The notes beneath the pieces are model-generated. The model saw only the letters and a list, made by a program, of their open reading frames with translations, was not told the origin of the DNA and searched no databases. A stretch of DNA of 20,000 bases from an uncultured virus (IMG/VR IMGVR_UViG_3300027229_000184) (Duplodnaviria > Heunggongvirae > Uroviricota > Caudoviricetes), in IMG/VR virus record IMGVR_UViG_3300027229_000184. One strand, written 5' to 3'. This document shows, piece after piece, positions 1 through 9,033 of the stretch (positions are counted from its first letter, which is position 1; every line of letters begins with the position of its first letter). A program made the translations under genes and the position numbers.

Positions 1-2
1 AC

Positions 3-92
3 AAATACACTAACATCAATCATTTACACCGTGACATCATGGATCAGTATGAACATCTTCATGCGTTCATCATCCGATTGAAACAAAATTAA
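3..92 (+). CDS. 3' end of an upstream gene (partial)
   Basis: Frame 3 is open from the window edge, reads KYTNINHLHRDIMDQYEHLHAFIIRLKQN and stops at TAA 90-92. It has the same orientation as all other genes. Confidence 0.5.
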   Translation, partial: KYTNINHLHRDIMDQYEHLHAFIIRLKQN

Positions 93-106
93 AGAAAGTT
101 ATATAA
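81..106 (+). promoter_or_regulatory. Putative promoter, AAAC-N16-RTATAA class
   Basis: AAAC at 81-84, a 16-nt spacer and ATATAA at 101-106. The same geometry recurs at 8252-8277 and 16718-16743, each just upstream of an ATG. Confidence 0.55.
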
Positions 107-130
107 TCTATACATTTAATCAATTTAATT

Positions 131-358
131 ATGTCACAAGAAACAACAACTCAAGAAAACTTGAATCAAGCTAATGAAGAGCAATTGAAAGCTCAATTCG
201 CTCCAGTGTTTGAAGAAGCAAAGAACATCGATGCTGATTCAGCTCTAAACATTTTGATTCAGGCTGCGATGGCAGCACAACAGACTGGCGCTCTAAGCGT
301 TCGTGATTCTGTTCTGCTTGCTTCTGCAATCAGCGTAGTTCGTCCAGGTACCATCTAA
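131..358 (+). CDS. Hypothetical protein (75 aa, acidic N-terminus, helical)
   Basis: ORF track. AT-rich leader before the ATG, and 13 nt to the next gene. Confidence 0.8.
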   Translation: MSQETTTQENLNQANEEQLKAQFAPVFEEAKNIDADSALNILIQAAMAAQQTGALSVRDSVLLASAISVVRPGTI

Positions 359-371
359 TAAAAATTAGAGG

Positions 372-3300
372 ATGCAAGTAGCGTTATGGATTGATACTCC
401 TGCGCTGGGCGATACAATTGCAGCTATTCCAACGCTTCGTAAACTGTCACAGGTCTATAATCAGCCTGTGACAGTTTTTACGAGCTTACCTTCAATCTTT
501 GAAGGACATCCTTGCGTTAAGGAAGCGTTTCACTCAGATGCGGACAAATCAGATTACAAAGTTTATCGTACTTTTGCGCCTTTAGTTGGTGCAACTTATG
601 ACTTGAAAGGCGAGAAGGTTGAGTTTCGTCACTCAAACTCTGAAATTCGTCAGTTTCACGCAATGAGTTTAGGTTTCAATCTCACACCTGATGAGATGGA
701 AACGGACTTGTACATTGAAGAGGAACTTGAATTACCTGTAAAAGATTACGTCATCATTCACCCTACTCACACTTGGGCCACTAGAACCTGGGATCAGGCT
801 AATTGGCAAGAGTTAGTGGACAGGTTGAATGATCGTGGTATTCCAGTGGTTGCCATTGGTCATGATTCAAAGGAAGTTGGGTTCTATAGCGTACAAAAGC
901 CTGTAATGGACATTAACATCAAACATGGTGTTAATTTGCTAAACAATCCTATTACTACAATTCCAGCTTTACGTTGGATGATGAATCACCGAGCTAAAGC
1001 AGTGGTAACAATGGATTCTGGCATTCTTCACATTGCTGGAACCACGGATGTTGAAATCATTCAACTAGGATCTTCAATCGATCCAAAGCTAAGAGCACCT
1101 TATCGAAAGGGCTCACAAGATTACAAATACAAATACATTGCCGGTGGTTGTGGACTATTTTGTAGTTCAAACATGGCTTATAATGTCAGAGTTCATGGCA
1201 GCCTCCACGGTGTACCTCCACAGATTCACTGTTTGGAAAATAAGCCAACTATGGAATGTCACCCAGGAGTGAATCCAGTGTTCGAGGCAGTATGTCAAAG
1301 ATACGATGTTAGACCAAAGATCAGATTGGTTCATTTGCTTTTAAAGGATGATCATTCGCCTGAACGTCAACAAAGATCAATCGATAGTATTTCTCAACTT
1401 GCAGATCGAGGTATTGAATACATTCAAATTTGGAATGAACGCTGGAAGGACGCTCCTCCTCGTGAAACCTTTGAGTACCCTGATCAGTTTGACAAGGTTC
1501 CCATCGGTCCAGGTCATTATGGCAATTATCGTGCATTCGTTGATTCTGGTTTAGAACATTTCACAGAAGACATAGATGCTTTAATCTTTGCCGAAGGAGA
1601 TTCTTTCTTGACCAAACCAATCGACGAGGTCGTGGAAGATATTAATCGTGCTTATGAAGCTTGTGAATTACATAACATTTCATATTTTTCATTCGGTTCA
1701 CGCTATTCTCTGCATGATTTTAACGATCTAATTTCATCTACACGATATAAGATTGGAGATATTCACGTGGTAAATAAAGTTATCGGAGCACAATTGGTAA
1801 TGTTACACAATAGAGTTCAATACTATTGTTCAGACAGGTTTATTCATCAAAAGTGGACTGCAGCTGACATTTATCTAAACAACATCATGATGGGCAAGTT
1901 CAACATTGGTATTTTTGACCAACCTGTTGCACTGCAAGCCGACGGTTTTTCTGCTATTGATTCTTATAACAAGATTCACGCCGATGAAAGATCTCGTAAC
2001 TCTAAGAAAAGAATTCTATTCTTGGCCCCTCACCTTTCAACGGGTGGCATGCCAGAATTCCTATTGGGTCGACTAAAGGCCCTGATTGACGAGCCTTCTG
2101 TTGAGCTTCATGTCGTCGAGTTCACATGTTACGCTACAACATACGTTGTTCAAAGGGACCAGATTCGCCAAATGTTAGGTGATAGATTCCATGAAATTGG
2201 TCACCTAGGTTCAATGGAAGATTCAGAACGTGAAGAGCGTCTAAAGCAAATCATTAGTCAGATTCAACCTGACGTTATTCACATCGAGGAAAGTCCAGAG
2301 GCCTTTGATGGTTTCAACAAAATGTCAGAAGAGTGCCAATCATGGATCTACCAGTCATCGCATCCTTGGAGGATTGTGGAAACTTGTCACAACATTTGGT
2401 TCAATCCGAGAGAAAACAAACGCATCTCTCCTGATGCCTATTTGTTTGTCACTCCTCACCACACGCTTGAGACATTCTCCGAGGAACCATCCGAGAAGTT
2501 TGAAGCCTTCTATCCAATCATTCCTCAGACTAAGTCCGAGTTGCAAAGGAGAAAATCTTTGGAAATTTTAGAATTGGAGCATTTATCCGATGCAAAACAT
2601 CTAATCAATATCGGTCTCTGGACCCAAGGCAAAAACCAAGGAGAAGCCGTTGAATGGGCCCGCACCCTGGAACAGCAATACCCCGGTCAATACCAGTTCC
2701 ACTTCATAGGCAACCAGGCTGAAAACTTCGAAAGCTACTGGGGCCCCATCATGCAGGACTTGCCTCCGAACGTCCACATCCACGGCGAGCGTAACGACAT
2801 CAACACATTCTACCAACTGGCAGATGGAGTGGTCTTTAACTCTACCTGGGAGTGTAACCCCTTGGCCCTTCGTCAGGCCCTAGGCTACCCAATCCCAGTG
2901 ATGGCTCGTAACCTGCCGCAGTACCACTCAATGTATACAGGGCAGCTCACAGAAATCCAAGGAGACACCACCGATCCCCTCCGATTGGTTGAAGCCTTAA
3001 AATCTCCAATTCATAGAAAACAAAACGACCAAGCCATGGCTAAATTCAAGCAAGAACACTTACAAGCTTACATGAAAACCCTTAAAGGCCCAGTGATCAG
3101 AACCGCTCAAATCAGAGATGGGTACACAATCCAGTGGAACAACGGCCCAACTGTCCGATCAAAGGCCGGCCGCCCACTTGATGTAGAATTTTGGGCTGAT
3201 GGTGAATTGGTATACAAAAGTACCTTACAAGCTGAGGGCTATTGGTGCAGGCCGGCCGACGAATGGTTCCGAGATTGGACCGTTAAGATTGACGGCAAGG

Positions 3301-4229
3301 AGCACAAGATGGAACTCGAAGACAAAGTGGCTCACATTCAATTTAATTCAGGTTCTCTAGGAGACACTCTAAGTTGGGTTGAAGCAGCGGTTGAATTTAA
3401 GTTCAAACATGGCCTTAGCAAGTTGTACCTTAGTACCCACAAGAACTGGCTGTTTGACCAGGACCACTACCACCTACGAGGTGTCGAGTTTATCGCTCCA
3501 GGCGATTCACCCGAAGACACGTACGCTCGATGGGAGGTTGGAGTTTACATGGAAGATCCTCCAGGAACTCCATGGTTCCCTAATAGGAATAAAAGAGATT
3601 GGCGTAAGATCTACTTAGGTGACATCGCAACTGATCACTTGGGCCTACCATCGATTAGAAAAGCTCCTAAACTACAATACACTAGCAAGCACCAACAAGA
3701 TCGGCCCTACATTTGTATCGCTACACAATCGACCGCACAAGCCAAATACTGGAACAATCCTACCGGTTGGCAAGACCTGATTGACCACTATACGGCTAAA
3801 GGTTACGATGTGTATCATGTATCTAAAGAGGGTAACAACGATTTGAAAGGTTTCATTCAAGGACCTGAAGACATGGGCGAAACTTTTGCCCTCATCAATG
3901 GTGCTGAAGTGTTCTACGGAATTTCTTCTGGCCTATCTTGGTTGGCATGGTGTACTGAAACCCCAGTAGTGATGATCTCTGGCTTCACACCTGAGGAGTG
4001 CGAGTTCATGGACGATAAGACCCTTCGTATCATTAACAAAGATGTGTGTAACTCTTGCTGGGCTTGGGACCACTTTAACCGTGGAGACTGGAACTGGTGT
4101 CCAACTGGTAAGGGCAATGAACGCCACTTTGAGTGTACAAAAACCATTTCTGCATCGTCAGTAATTGAACAAGTTAACAATTGGAATTATGGAAAAAGTA
4201 TCGTTACAGAAGAAAGTACACACATCTGA
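372..4229 (+). CDS. Multidomain glycosyltransferase: GT9-like + GT-A-like + GT4-like + autotransporter O-heptosyltransferase (Aah/TibC, BAHT)-like
   Basis: aa ~1-310: ALGDTIAAIPTLRKL, IIHP and VTMDSGILHIAG (GT9/heptosyltransferase motifs). aa ~315-540: GHYGNYRAF, LIFAEGD, AADIYL (GT-A/GT25-like, weaker). aa ~545-905: ILFLAPHLSTGG, NIGLWTQGKNQ, FNSTWECNPLALRQAL (GT4-like). aa ~918-1285: SLGDTLSW, YICIATQSTAQAKYWNNPTGW, GISSGLSWLAW, VMISGFT, and VCNSCW..WCP..FECTK (BAHT four-Cys iron finger). Confidence 0.85.
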   Translation: MQVALWIDTPALGDTIAAIPTLRKLSQVYNQPVTVFTSLPSIFEGHPCVKEAFHSDADKSDYKVYRTFAPLVGATYDLKGEKVEFRHSNSEIRQFHAMSLGFNLTPDEMETDLYIEEELELPVKDYVIIHPTHTWATRTWDQANWQELVDRLNDRGIPVVAIGHDSKEVGFYSVQKPVMDINIKHGVNLLNNPITTIPALRWMMNHRAKAVVTMDSGILHIAGTTDVEIIQLGSSIDPKLRAPYRKGSQDYKYKYIAGGCGLFCSSNMAYNVRVHGSLHGVPPQIHCLENKPTMECHPGVNPVFEAVCQRYDVRPKIRLVHLLLKDDHSPERQQRSIDSISQLADRGIEYIQIWNERWKDAPPRETFEYPDQFDKVPIGPGHYGNYRAFVDSGLEHFTEDIDALIFAEGDSFLTKPIDEVVEDINRAYEACELHNISYFSFGSRYSLHDFNDLISSTRYKIGDIHVVNKVIGAQLVMLHNRVQYYCSDRFIHQKWTAADIYLNNIMMGKFNIGIFDQPVALQADGFSAIDSYNKIHADERSRNSKKRILFLAPHLSTGGMPEFLLGRLKALIDEPSVELHVVEFTCYATTYVVQRDQIRQMLGDRFHEIGHLGSMEDSEREERLKQIISQIQPDVIHIEESPEAFDGFNKMSEECQSWIYQSSHPWRIVETCHNIWFNPRENKRISPDAYLFVTPHHTLETFSEEPSEKFEAFYPIIPQTKSELQRRKSLEILELEHLSDAKHLINIGLWTQGKNQGEAVEWARTLEQQYPGQYQFHFIGNQAENFESYWGPIMQDLPPNVHIHGERNDINTFYQLADGVVFNSTWECNPLALRQALGYPIPVMARNLPQYHSMYTGQLTEIQGDTTDPLRLVEALKSPIHRKQNDQAMAKFKQEHLQAYMKTLKGPVIRTAQIRDGYTIQWNNGPTVRSKAGRPLDVEFWADGELVYKSTLQAEGYWCRPADEWFRDWTVKIDGKEHKMELEDKVAHIQFNSGSLGDTLSWVEAAVEFKFKHGLSKLYLSTHKNWLFDQDHYHLRGVEFIAPGDSPEDTYARWEVGVYMEDPPGTPWFPNRNKRDWRKIYLGDIATDHLGLPSIRKAPKLQYTSKHQQDRPYICIATQSTAQAKYWNNPTGWQDLIDHYTAKGYDVYHVSKEGNNDLKGFIQGPEDMGETFALINGAEVFYGISSGLSWLAWCTETPVVMISGFTPEECEFMDDKTLRIINKDVCNSCWAWDHFNRGDWNWCPTGKGNERHFECTKTISASSVIEQVNNWNYGKSIVTEESTHI

Positions 4230-4842
4230 TAGGGGTATTATACCTGAGATGCTGACCACTATTGGCGCCAAGAAAGGAGTTGAAATTGGAGTCTTTAAAG
4301 GTGAATGGAGTCGACACGTACTTCAGAGATGGAATGGTACACTATACATGATCGATCCTTGGAGACCCTTGGGAAAAGAGTATGAGGATGCATCAAATCA
4401 TGCAAATCACATGGATGCGTATGAAAGAACGATGGAATCGATTCGTGGATTTGAAGATCGTGCTTTTATGCTACGTGGACTTGGTGAACAATTGGTTGAA
4501 ATCTTTGAAGATGAATCCTTAGATTACGTATACATTGATGGTAACCACACATACGATTACGTCAAACAGGACATGGAGTTGTGGTGGCCTAAATTGAAAA
4601 AGGGTGGCTTGTTCGCTGGACACGACTATCTTGACTTTGATTGGTCTTACAAACCTGAGCTTGATCATCCTAACATGAAAGACAAGTACATGTGGACCAG
4701 TGATGGGACACCGGGTGCAGAATTGAAGTATGCAGGTGTTTTTGGAGTTAATCCAGCCGTCGATGAATTTTGTGAAACCAACAACATTGAAGTCTTAAAT
4801 CTAACTAACGAATGGGCCAAAAGCTGGTTCTTTATCAAATAA
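4189..4842 (+). CDS. Class I SAM-dependent methyltransferase (Methyltransf_24-like)
   Basis: GVEIGVFKG (motif I), LDYVYIDGNH and LKKGGLFAGHDY. ATG 4189 is preferred over the track's non-ATG start at 4165. Overlaps the upstream gene by 41 nt. Confidence 0.85.
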   Translation: MEKVSLQKKVHTSDRGIIPEMLTTIGAKKGVEIGVFKGEWSRHVLQRWNGTLYMIDPWRPLGKEYEDASNHANHMDAYERTMESIRGFEDRAFMLRGLGEQLVEIFEDESLDYVYIDGNHTYDYVKQDMELWWPKLKKGGLFAGHDYLDFDWSYKPELDHPNMKDKYMWTSDGTPGAELKYAGVFGVNPAVDEFCETNNIEVLNLTNEWAKSWFFIK

Positions 4843-4852
4843 AAACTAAATT

Positions 4853-5500
4853 ATGGAAACAACCTTTTATAACATTGAAGAACAAAAGTTCTGGAATGAC
4901 GAATCAATTTGGGTTAATGGAGGACATGAGTGGTCCGGGTCATTTGGCACCACTGAAAACCTATGGAATAAATACATCTTTGATGATTTGAAACCTTTTA
5001 GAGGCGCTAACATCACTGAAATTGCGCCTGGATTTGGTCGCATCACTCAATTTTTAGCTATTGTTGCGGGTAGATTGTCTGTCGTCGATATGAATCCGAT
5101 ATGCATTCAAAAGACCAAAGAAAAGCTAGGAGCTCATGTAGCAAGTTACGGAGTTGGAGATGGAAAAAGTCTAGTTGGAGTTGAAGATCTATCACAGGAC
5201 TTGGTTTTTTCTTTTGATTCATTTGTTCACATGCACAAGAATGTAATTAATGAATACGTAAAAGAAATGCAACGTGTGTTGGTTCCTGGTGGTTACGGTT
5301 GGATTCATCACTCTAATCTAATGGGAGGATCTGAACTTTCATTTAATAACGTCGCGGGTAGATCTAATATGACTCCTGAAGAAATGAAAGATATGGTTGA
5401 AGCTCAAGGATTTAAAGTTATAAGTCAAAAGCCAATTCAATTCGCTCCAGTTGATCAGTGGAATGGAATTGATTTCATTACCTTCTTTCAAAAGTTATAA
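4853..5500 (+). CDS. Class I SAM-dependent methyltransferase
   Basis: ITEIAPGFGR (motif I), VVDMN, DLVFSFDSFVHM and RVLVPGGYG. Confidence 0.85.
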   Translation: METTFYNIEEQKFWNDESIWVNGGHEWSGSFGTTENLWNKYIFDDLKPFRGANITEIAPGFGRITQFLAIVAGRLSVVDMNPICIQKTKEKLGAHVASYGVGDGKSLVGVEDLSQDLVFSFDSFVHMHKNVINEYVKEMQRVLVPGGYGWIHHSNLMGGSELSFNNVAGRSNMTPEEMKDMVEAQGFKVISQKPIQFAPVDQWNGIDFITFFQKL

Positions 5501-5502
5501 TT

Positions 5503-6396
5503 ATGAAAGCTCTTGTAACAGGAGGTGCCGGCTTTATTGGTCATCATCTAGTTAAGTCTCTTTTAGAAAAAGGTTATGAAGTTGAGGTTTGGGACAATCT
5601 ATCAACCGGTAAACTTGATAGATTGTTAAAATCAATTCCACAATCCAAATCAGTTGAGTTTAAGAAATTAGACTTAACTTATGATCTTCTACCAGAGGTT
5701 GAAGGTGTTGACGTAGTTTTCCACTTAGCAGCTACAACTTCTGTTCAAGAGTCATTAGAGAACCCTCAGAAATACGAGCAACATTGTTATATGACAACCA
5801 AACGGATGTTAGATTGGTGCTTGAATAACAGGGTGAAAAGATTTGTATTTGCATCAACAGCTGCGGTATATGGCGAACCGATTGAAGTTCCAGTCATGGA
5901 ATCAATTGAATTGAATCCAATGTCACCGTATGCACAGTGGAAGTTAAAGTCTGAGCACTTGATGGCCGCATATCAGAATAATTTTGGTATGAATTGTACT
6001 GCTCTGAGATTGTTTAACGTCTATGGCGAAGGCCAGCCTTCTTCAGGTTCTTATGCTCCAGCCGTTGCACTATTCTTAAAACAGTTTGAGGCATTTGAAC
6101 CTATAACAGTAACCGGAGACGGTCTTCAAACTAGAGATTACATTTACGTTAACGATGTAGCTCGAGCCTTTGTTACTGCTGCAGAAAAACCAAGCCCAGT
6201 ATTTAGAGTTATGAACGTTGGAACAGGTGAAGAGTTAACTATTCTTGAGATTGCAGAAGCTTTTGGCGGCGAAATAAAGCACATTCCGGCCAGAAAAGAG
6301 CCCAGAAGATCATGTGCTAATACTGATAAGATTAAAAAAGAGCTTGGATGGTCTTCTTCTGAAACTGTTTTGAGCTTTATAAATAAAATAAAGTAA
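5503..6396 (+). CDS. NAD-dependent nucleotide-sugar epimerase/dehydratase (extended SDR)
   Basis: LVTGGAGFIG, DNLSTG, VFHLAA, catalytic YAQWK (YxxxK), LRLFNVYG and GDGLQTRDYIYV. Confidence 0.92.
   Translation: MKALVTGGAGFIGHHLVKSLLEKGYEVEVWDNLSTGKLDRLLKSIPQSKSVEFKKLDLTYDLLPEVEGVDVVFHLAATTSVQESLENPQKYEQHCYMTTKRMLDWCLNNRVKRFVFASTAAVYGEPIEVPVMESIELNPMSPYAQWKLKSEHLMAAYQNNFGMNCTALRLFNVYGEGQPSSGSYAPAVALFLKQFEAFEPITVTGDGLQTRDYIYVNDVARAFVTAAEKPSPVFRVMNVGTGEELTILEIAEAFGGEIKHIPARKEPRRSCANTDKIKKELGWSSSETVLSFINKIK
6378..6386 (+). promoter_or_regulatory. Possible late promoter TATAAATA upstream of glmS
   Basis: Exact T4 late consensus TATAAATA at 6378-6385, 17 nt before the glmS ATG. It lies in AT-rich coding sequence, so it could be chance. 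Confidence 0.3.
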
Positions 6397-6402
6397 AAGT
6401 AT

Positions 6403-8253
6403 ATGTGTGGAATCGTAGGATACATTGGTAAGGACCTCGTAGGACCTGGCGTAGTTATTAAAGGTCTTCAAAGACTAGAATATAGAGGATATGATTCTGC
6501 GGGTATTGCAATTAAAGACGGATTAGGTATCAGAGTTCACCGTTCAGTCGGTGGTGTCGATAATCTATATGAAGCCATCCCCGAAGATCAAAGTTGGGAA
6601 GTAGATTGTGCAATTGGTCACACTCGATGGGCAACCCATGGTGAACCGGCTGTTAGAAATGCACACCCACACACTTCAATGCAGGGTAAAGTAACCCTAG
6701 TTCACAACGGTATCATTGAAAACTATGAGACCCTAAAGAAAAAGCTGATTCAAGAGGGCTTTACGTTCCAATCTGATACCGATACTGAGGTTTTAGCCAA
6801 CTGGATTGAGTACATTTGGACTACATCTACTTGCGATTTTGCAAATGCAGTACGTTTTGCATTACAAGATGTTGTTGGTGCTTATGCGATCTTAGTTATT
6901 AGTGTTGATTCAACTGACATGGTAATGGCTCGAAAGTCATCTCCCCTTGCAATTGGCATCGGAGAAGGCGAATTTATCATCGCGTCTGATGCTACACCAA
7001 TTGTAGAGTACACTAAGGACATAATTTACCTTAATGATGAGCAAATTGCAGTCGTCGAAGACAAAAAGACACTTCGAATCATCAATTTGGACGCTTCGGA
7101 AGTAGATCCAGTGATCGAAAAGGTAGAATTAGAGCTTGATACGATCGAAAAGGGTGGTTATGACTCATTCATGTTAAAAGAGATCTACGAACAGCCAGAT
7201 TCAGTGTGGAATTGTCTTCGTGGACGTTTGACAGAAGGTGAAGAACCCTTGATGATGGGTGGAGTTGAAAATGTGCTGCCTCAATTGCTTCGAGCTAACA
7301 AAATCTTCATCATTGCATGCGGAACTTCATGGCATGCAGGTCTAATTGGTAAAAATATGATTGAAAAGCTGACTCGAATCCCAGTTGAGGTTGATTATGC
7401 GTCAGAATTCAGGTACAAAGACCCAATTATTCGTCCAGGTGATGTAGTAATCTCAATTTCTCAGTCTGGTGAGACCGCAGATACAAAGGCGGCGATGGAA
7501 ATGGCTCGTGAAAGAGGTGCCACTCTATTTGGAATCGTTAATGTTGTAGGTTCTTCTATTTCTCGATTGGCTGATGCAGGCATTTACACACACTCTGGAA
7601 TTGAAATTGGAGTAGCTTCGACTAAAGCATTTACTGGTCAAGTTGCAGCTCTTTCTCTGCTGGCGATCAAAATGGCTCGTCAATTGAATTCAATCACCGA
7701 TAATGATTACATTAAGCTAAAATTAGCCCTCAAGCACATCCCAGGCAAGATTAGAACGATCCTGGATGACACGAATCACATATTTGAAGTAGCAAATAAG
7801 TACGCAATTGATGAATACCAGGACTTTCTATACCTCGCCAGAGGCATTAACTTCCCGGTTGCTTTGGAAGGCTCTTTGAAGCTAAAAGAGATCTCATACA
7901 TTCACGCTGAAGGTTATCCAGCTGGTGAAATGAAACATGGACCAATTGCATTAATTGACGAACAGTGTCCATCGGTTTTTATCGTTCCAAATGATTCATC
8001 ATACGGTAAAGTGGTGTCAAACATGCAAGAGGTTAAAGCTCGTAAAGGTAAAGTTATCGCAATTGTGACAAAAGGAGATGAGTTGATTCGAGGGATCGCT
8101 GACGATGTCATTGAGATACCTGAGACAGAAGAATTGCTAACTCCTTTATTGACAGTTATTCCACTACAGTTGCTCTCCTATCAGATTGCGGTGCAACGTG
8201 GATGCAATGTTGATAAGCCAAGAAATTTGGCAAAATCTGTCACCGTAGAGTAA
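6403..8253 (+). CDS. glmS: Glutamine--fructose-6-phosphate aminotransferase (isomerizing)
   Basis: N-terminal MCGIVG (catalytic Cys), LEYRGYDSAG, GHTRWATHG, HNGIIEN, SQSGETADT, VASTKAFT, EGSLKLKEISY, KHGPIAL and C-terminal PRNLAKSVTVE. 616 aa. Confidence 0.98.
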   Translation: MCGIVGYIGKDLVGPGVVIKGLQRLEYRGYDSAGIAIKDGLGIRVHRSVGGVDNLYEAIPEDQSWEVDCAIGHTRWATHGEPAVRNAHPHTSMQGKVTLVHNGIIENYETLKKKLIQEGFTFQSDTDTEVLANWIEYIWTTSTCDFANAVRFALQDVVGAYAILVISVDSTDMVMARKSSPLAIGIGEGEFIIASDATPIVEYTKDIIYLNDEQIAVVEDKKTLRIINLDASEVDPVIEKVELELDTIEKGGYDSFMLKEIYEQPDSVWNCLRGRLTEGEEPLMMGGVENVLPQLLRANKIFIIACGTSWHAGLIGKNMIEKLTRIPVEVDYASEFRYKDPIIRPGDVVISISQSGETADTKAAMEMARERGATLFGIVNVVGSSISRLADAGIYTHSGIEIGVASTKAFTGQVAALSLLAIKMARQLNSITDNDYIKLKLALKHIPGKIRTILDDTNHIFEVANKYAIDEYQDFLYLARGINFPVALEGSLKLKEISYIHAEGYPAGEMKHGPIALIDEQCPSVFIVPNDSSYGKVVSNMQEVKARKGKVIAIVTKGDELIRGIADDVIEIPETEELLTPLLTVIPLQLLSYQIAVQRGCNVDKPRNLAKSVTVE

Positions 8254-8277
8254 ACAATTCCTTTCATCGATATATAA
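8252..8277 (+). promoter_or_regulatory. Putative promoter, AAAC-N16-ATATAA (also contains GATATATAA)
   Basis: AAAC at 8252-8255 and ATATAA at 8272-8277. The ATG is at 8301. Confidence 0.55.
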
Positions 8278-8300
8278 CTAGTAAATATATTTTACACATT

Positions 8301-8687
8301 ATGAAAATTGAAGTATCTAATGGCGAGATCTTGGATAAGTACAGTATCCTAGAAATCAAATTACAAGAGATTAAAGACGAGGCCAAATTGGCTAATGTAC
8401 AAAACGAGTACGATTCTTTGACTCAGGCAGTGGAATCAATTAAATCATTGAATCCATTGACAGTTGCAACCCTTTACAAAGACCTTCTTAATATTAACAA
8501 AACTCTTTGGAATGTTGAAGATTTGATTCGCGATTGTGAACGCGATAATAATTTTGGTCAAGATTTCATTGAGTTAGCACGTTCAGTTTATTACACGAAC
8601 GACGAAAGAGCCGAGATTAAAAAGAACATCAATTTGGCTACAGGTTCAGACCTAGTCGAAGAAAAGTCGTATCAAAAGTACGCTTAA
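8301..8687 (+). CDS. DUF6165-like helical protein
   Basis: IEVSNGEILDKYSILEIK, LWNVEDLIR, FIELARSVYYTNDERAEIKKNIN and EEKSY match my recollection of this family, which often sits near glycosyltransferases. Confidence 0.7.
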   Translation: MKIEVSNGEILDKYSILEIKLQEIKDEAKLANVQNEYDSLTQAVESIKSLNPLTVATLYKDLLNINKTLWNVEDLIRDCERDNNFGQDFIELARSVYYTNDERAEIKKNINLATGSDLVEEKSYQKYA

Positions 8688-8705
8688 AAATAACTCTATT
8701 GCGCC

Positions 8706-9002
8706 ATGTCTATGGATAACGCTGATAAGTTTTGTAGCCTATTCAGCAATTTCTGTTTAGTTGTTAGACCTAAGAGCGAAGCTCGTCAAAAAGCAACCAA
8801 AGAGGACTTACACGAGAGTGTTGATTATAAGACCAAGTCTCAAATCAAGAATATGCTCAAAAAGGCCACTGAAGAATATAATCATGCTAAAAAGCTATTT
8901 AAGCATGGTAAGATTTCAAAAGAGGAATTGTATGATTATGAATGGCGAGTCTTTGAATTAAAAGACGAATTAGATAAGTTTAATGATAAAGGGGTCGCTT
9001 AA
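8706..9002 (+). CDS. Hypothetical protein (coiled-coil)
   Basis: ORF track. Fills the gap between genes and ends within a terminator hairpin. Confidence 0.7.
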   Translation: MSMDNADKFCSLFSNFCLVVRPKSEARQKATKEDLHESVDYKTKSQIKNMLKKATEEYNHAKKLFKHGKISKEELYDYEWRVFELKDELDKFNDKGVA

Positions 9003-9017
9003 GACCCCTTTCTTTTT
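8988..9017 (+). terminator. Rho-independent terminator
   Basis: Stem AAAGGGGTC / GACCCCTTT with loop GCTTAA, followed by CTTTTT. Confidence 0.8.
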
Positions 9018-9021
9018 GTCA

Positions 9022-9030
9022 GATAAATAA
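9022..9030 (+). promoter_or_regulatory. Late-promoter-like motif RATAWATAR, 3 nt before ATG
   Basis: GATAAATAA-tag-ATG directly after a terminator. The same spacing occurs at 13957, 17334 and 17555. Confidence 0.6.
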
Positions 9031-9033
9031 TAG

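Noticed and set aside
4189..5500. Methyltransferases as DNA modification or restriction-modification enzymes
   Set aside because: They lack DPPY/NPPY or PC catalytic motifs. The sequence and operon context fit small-molecule or glycan O-methyltransferases.
6361..6403. glmS ribozyme upstream of glmS
   Set aside because: Only 6 nt separate the genes, and there is no structured leader.
372..8253. Ordinary bacterial LPS or capsule locus
   Set aside because: There is no flippase, polymerase or export gene. The flanks carry lysins, virus-type domains, capsid-targeting-like leaders and a fibre gene. A viral origin is still inferred, since no capsid or terminase gene is in the window.
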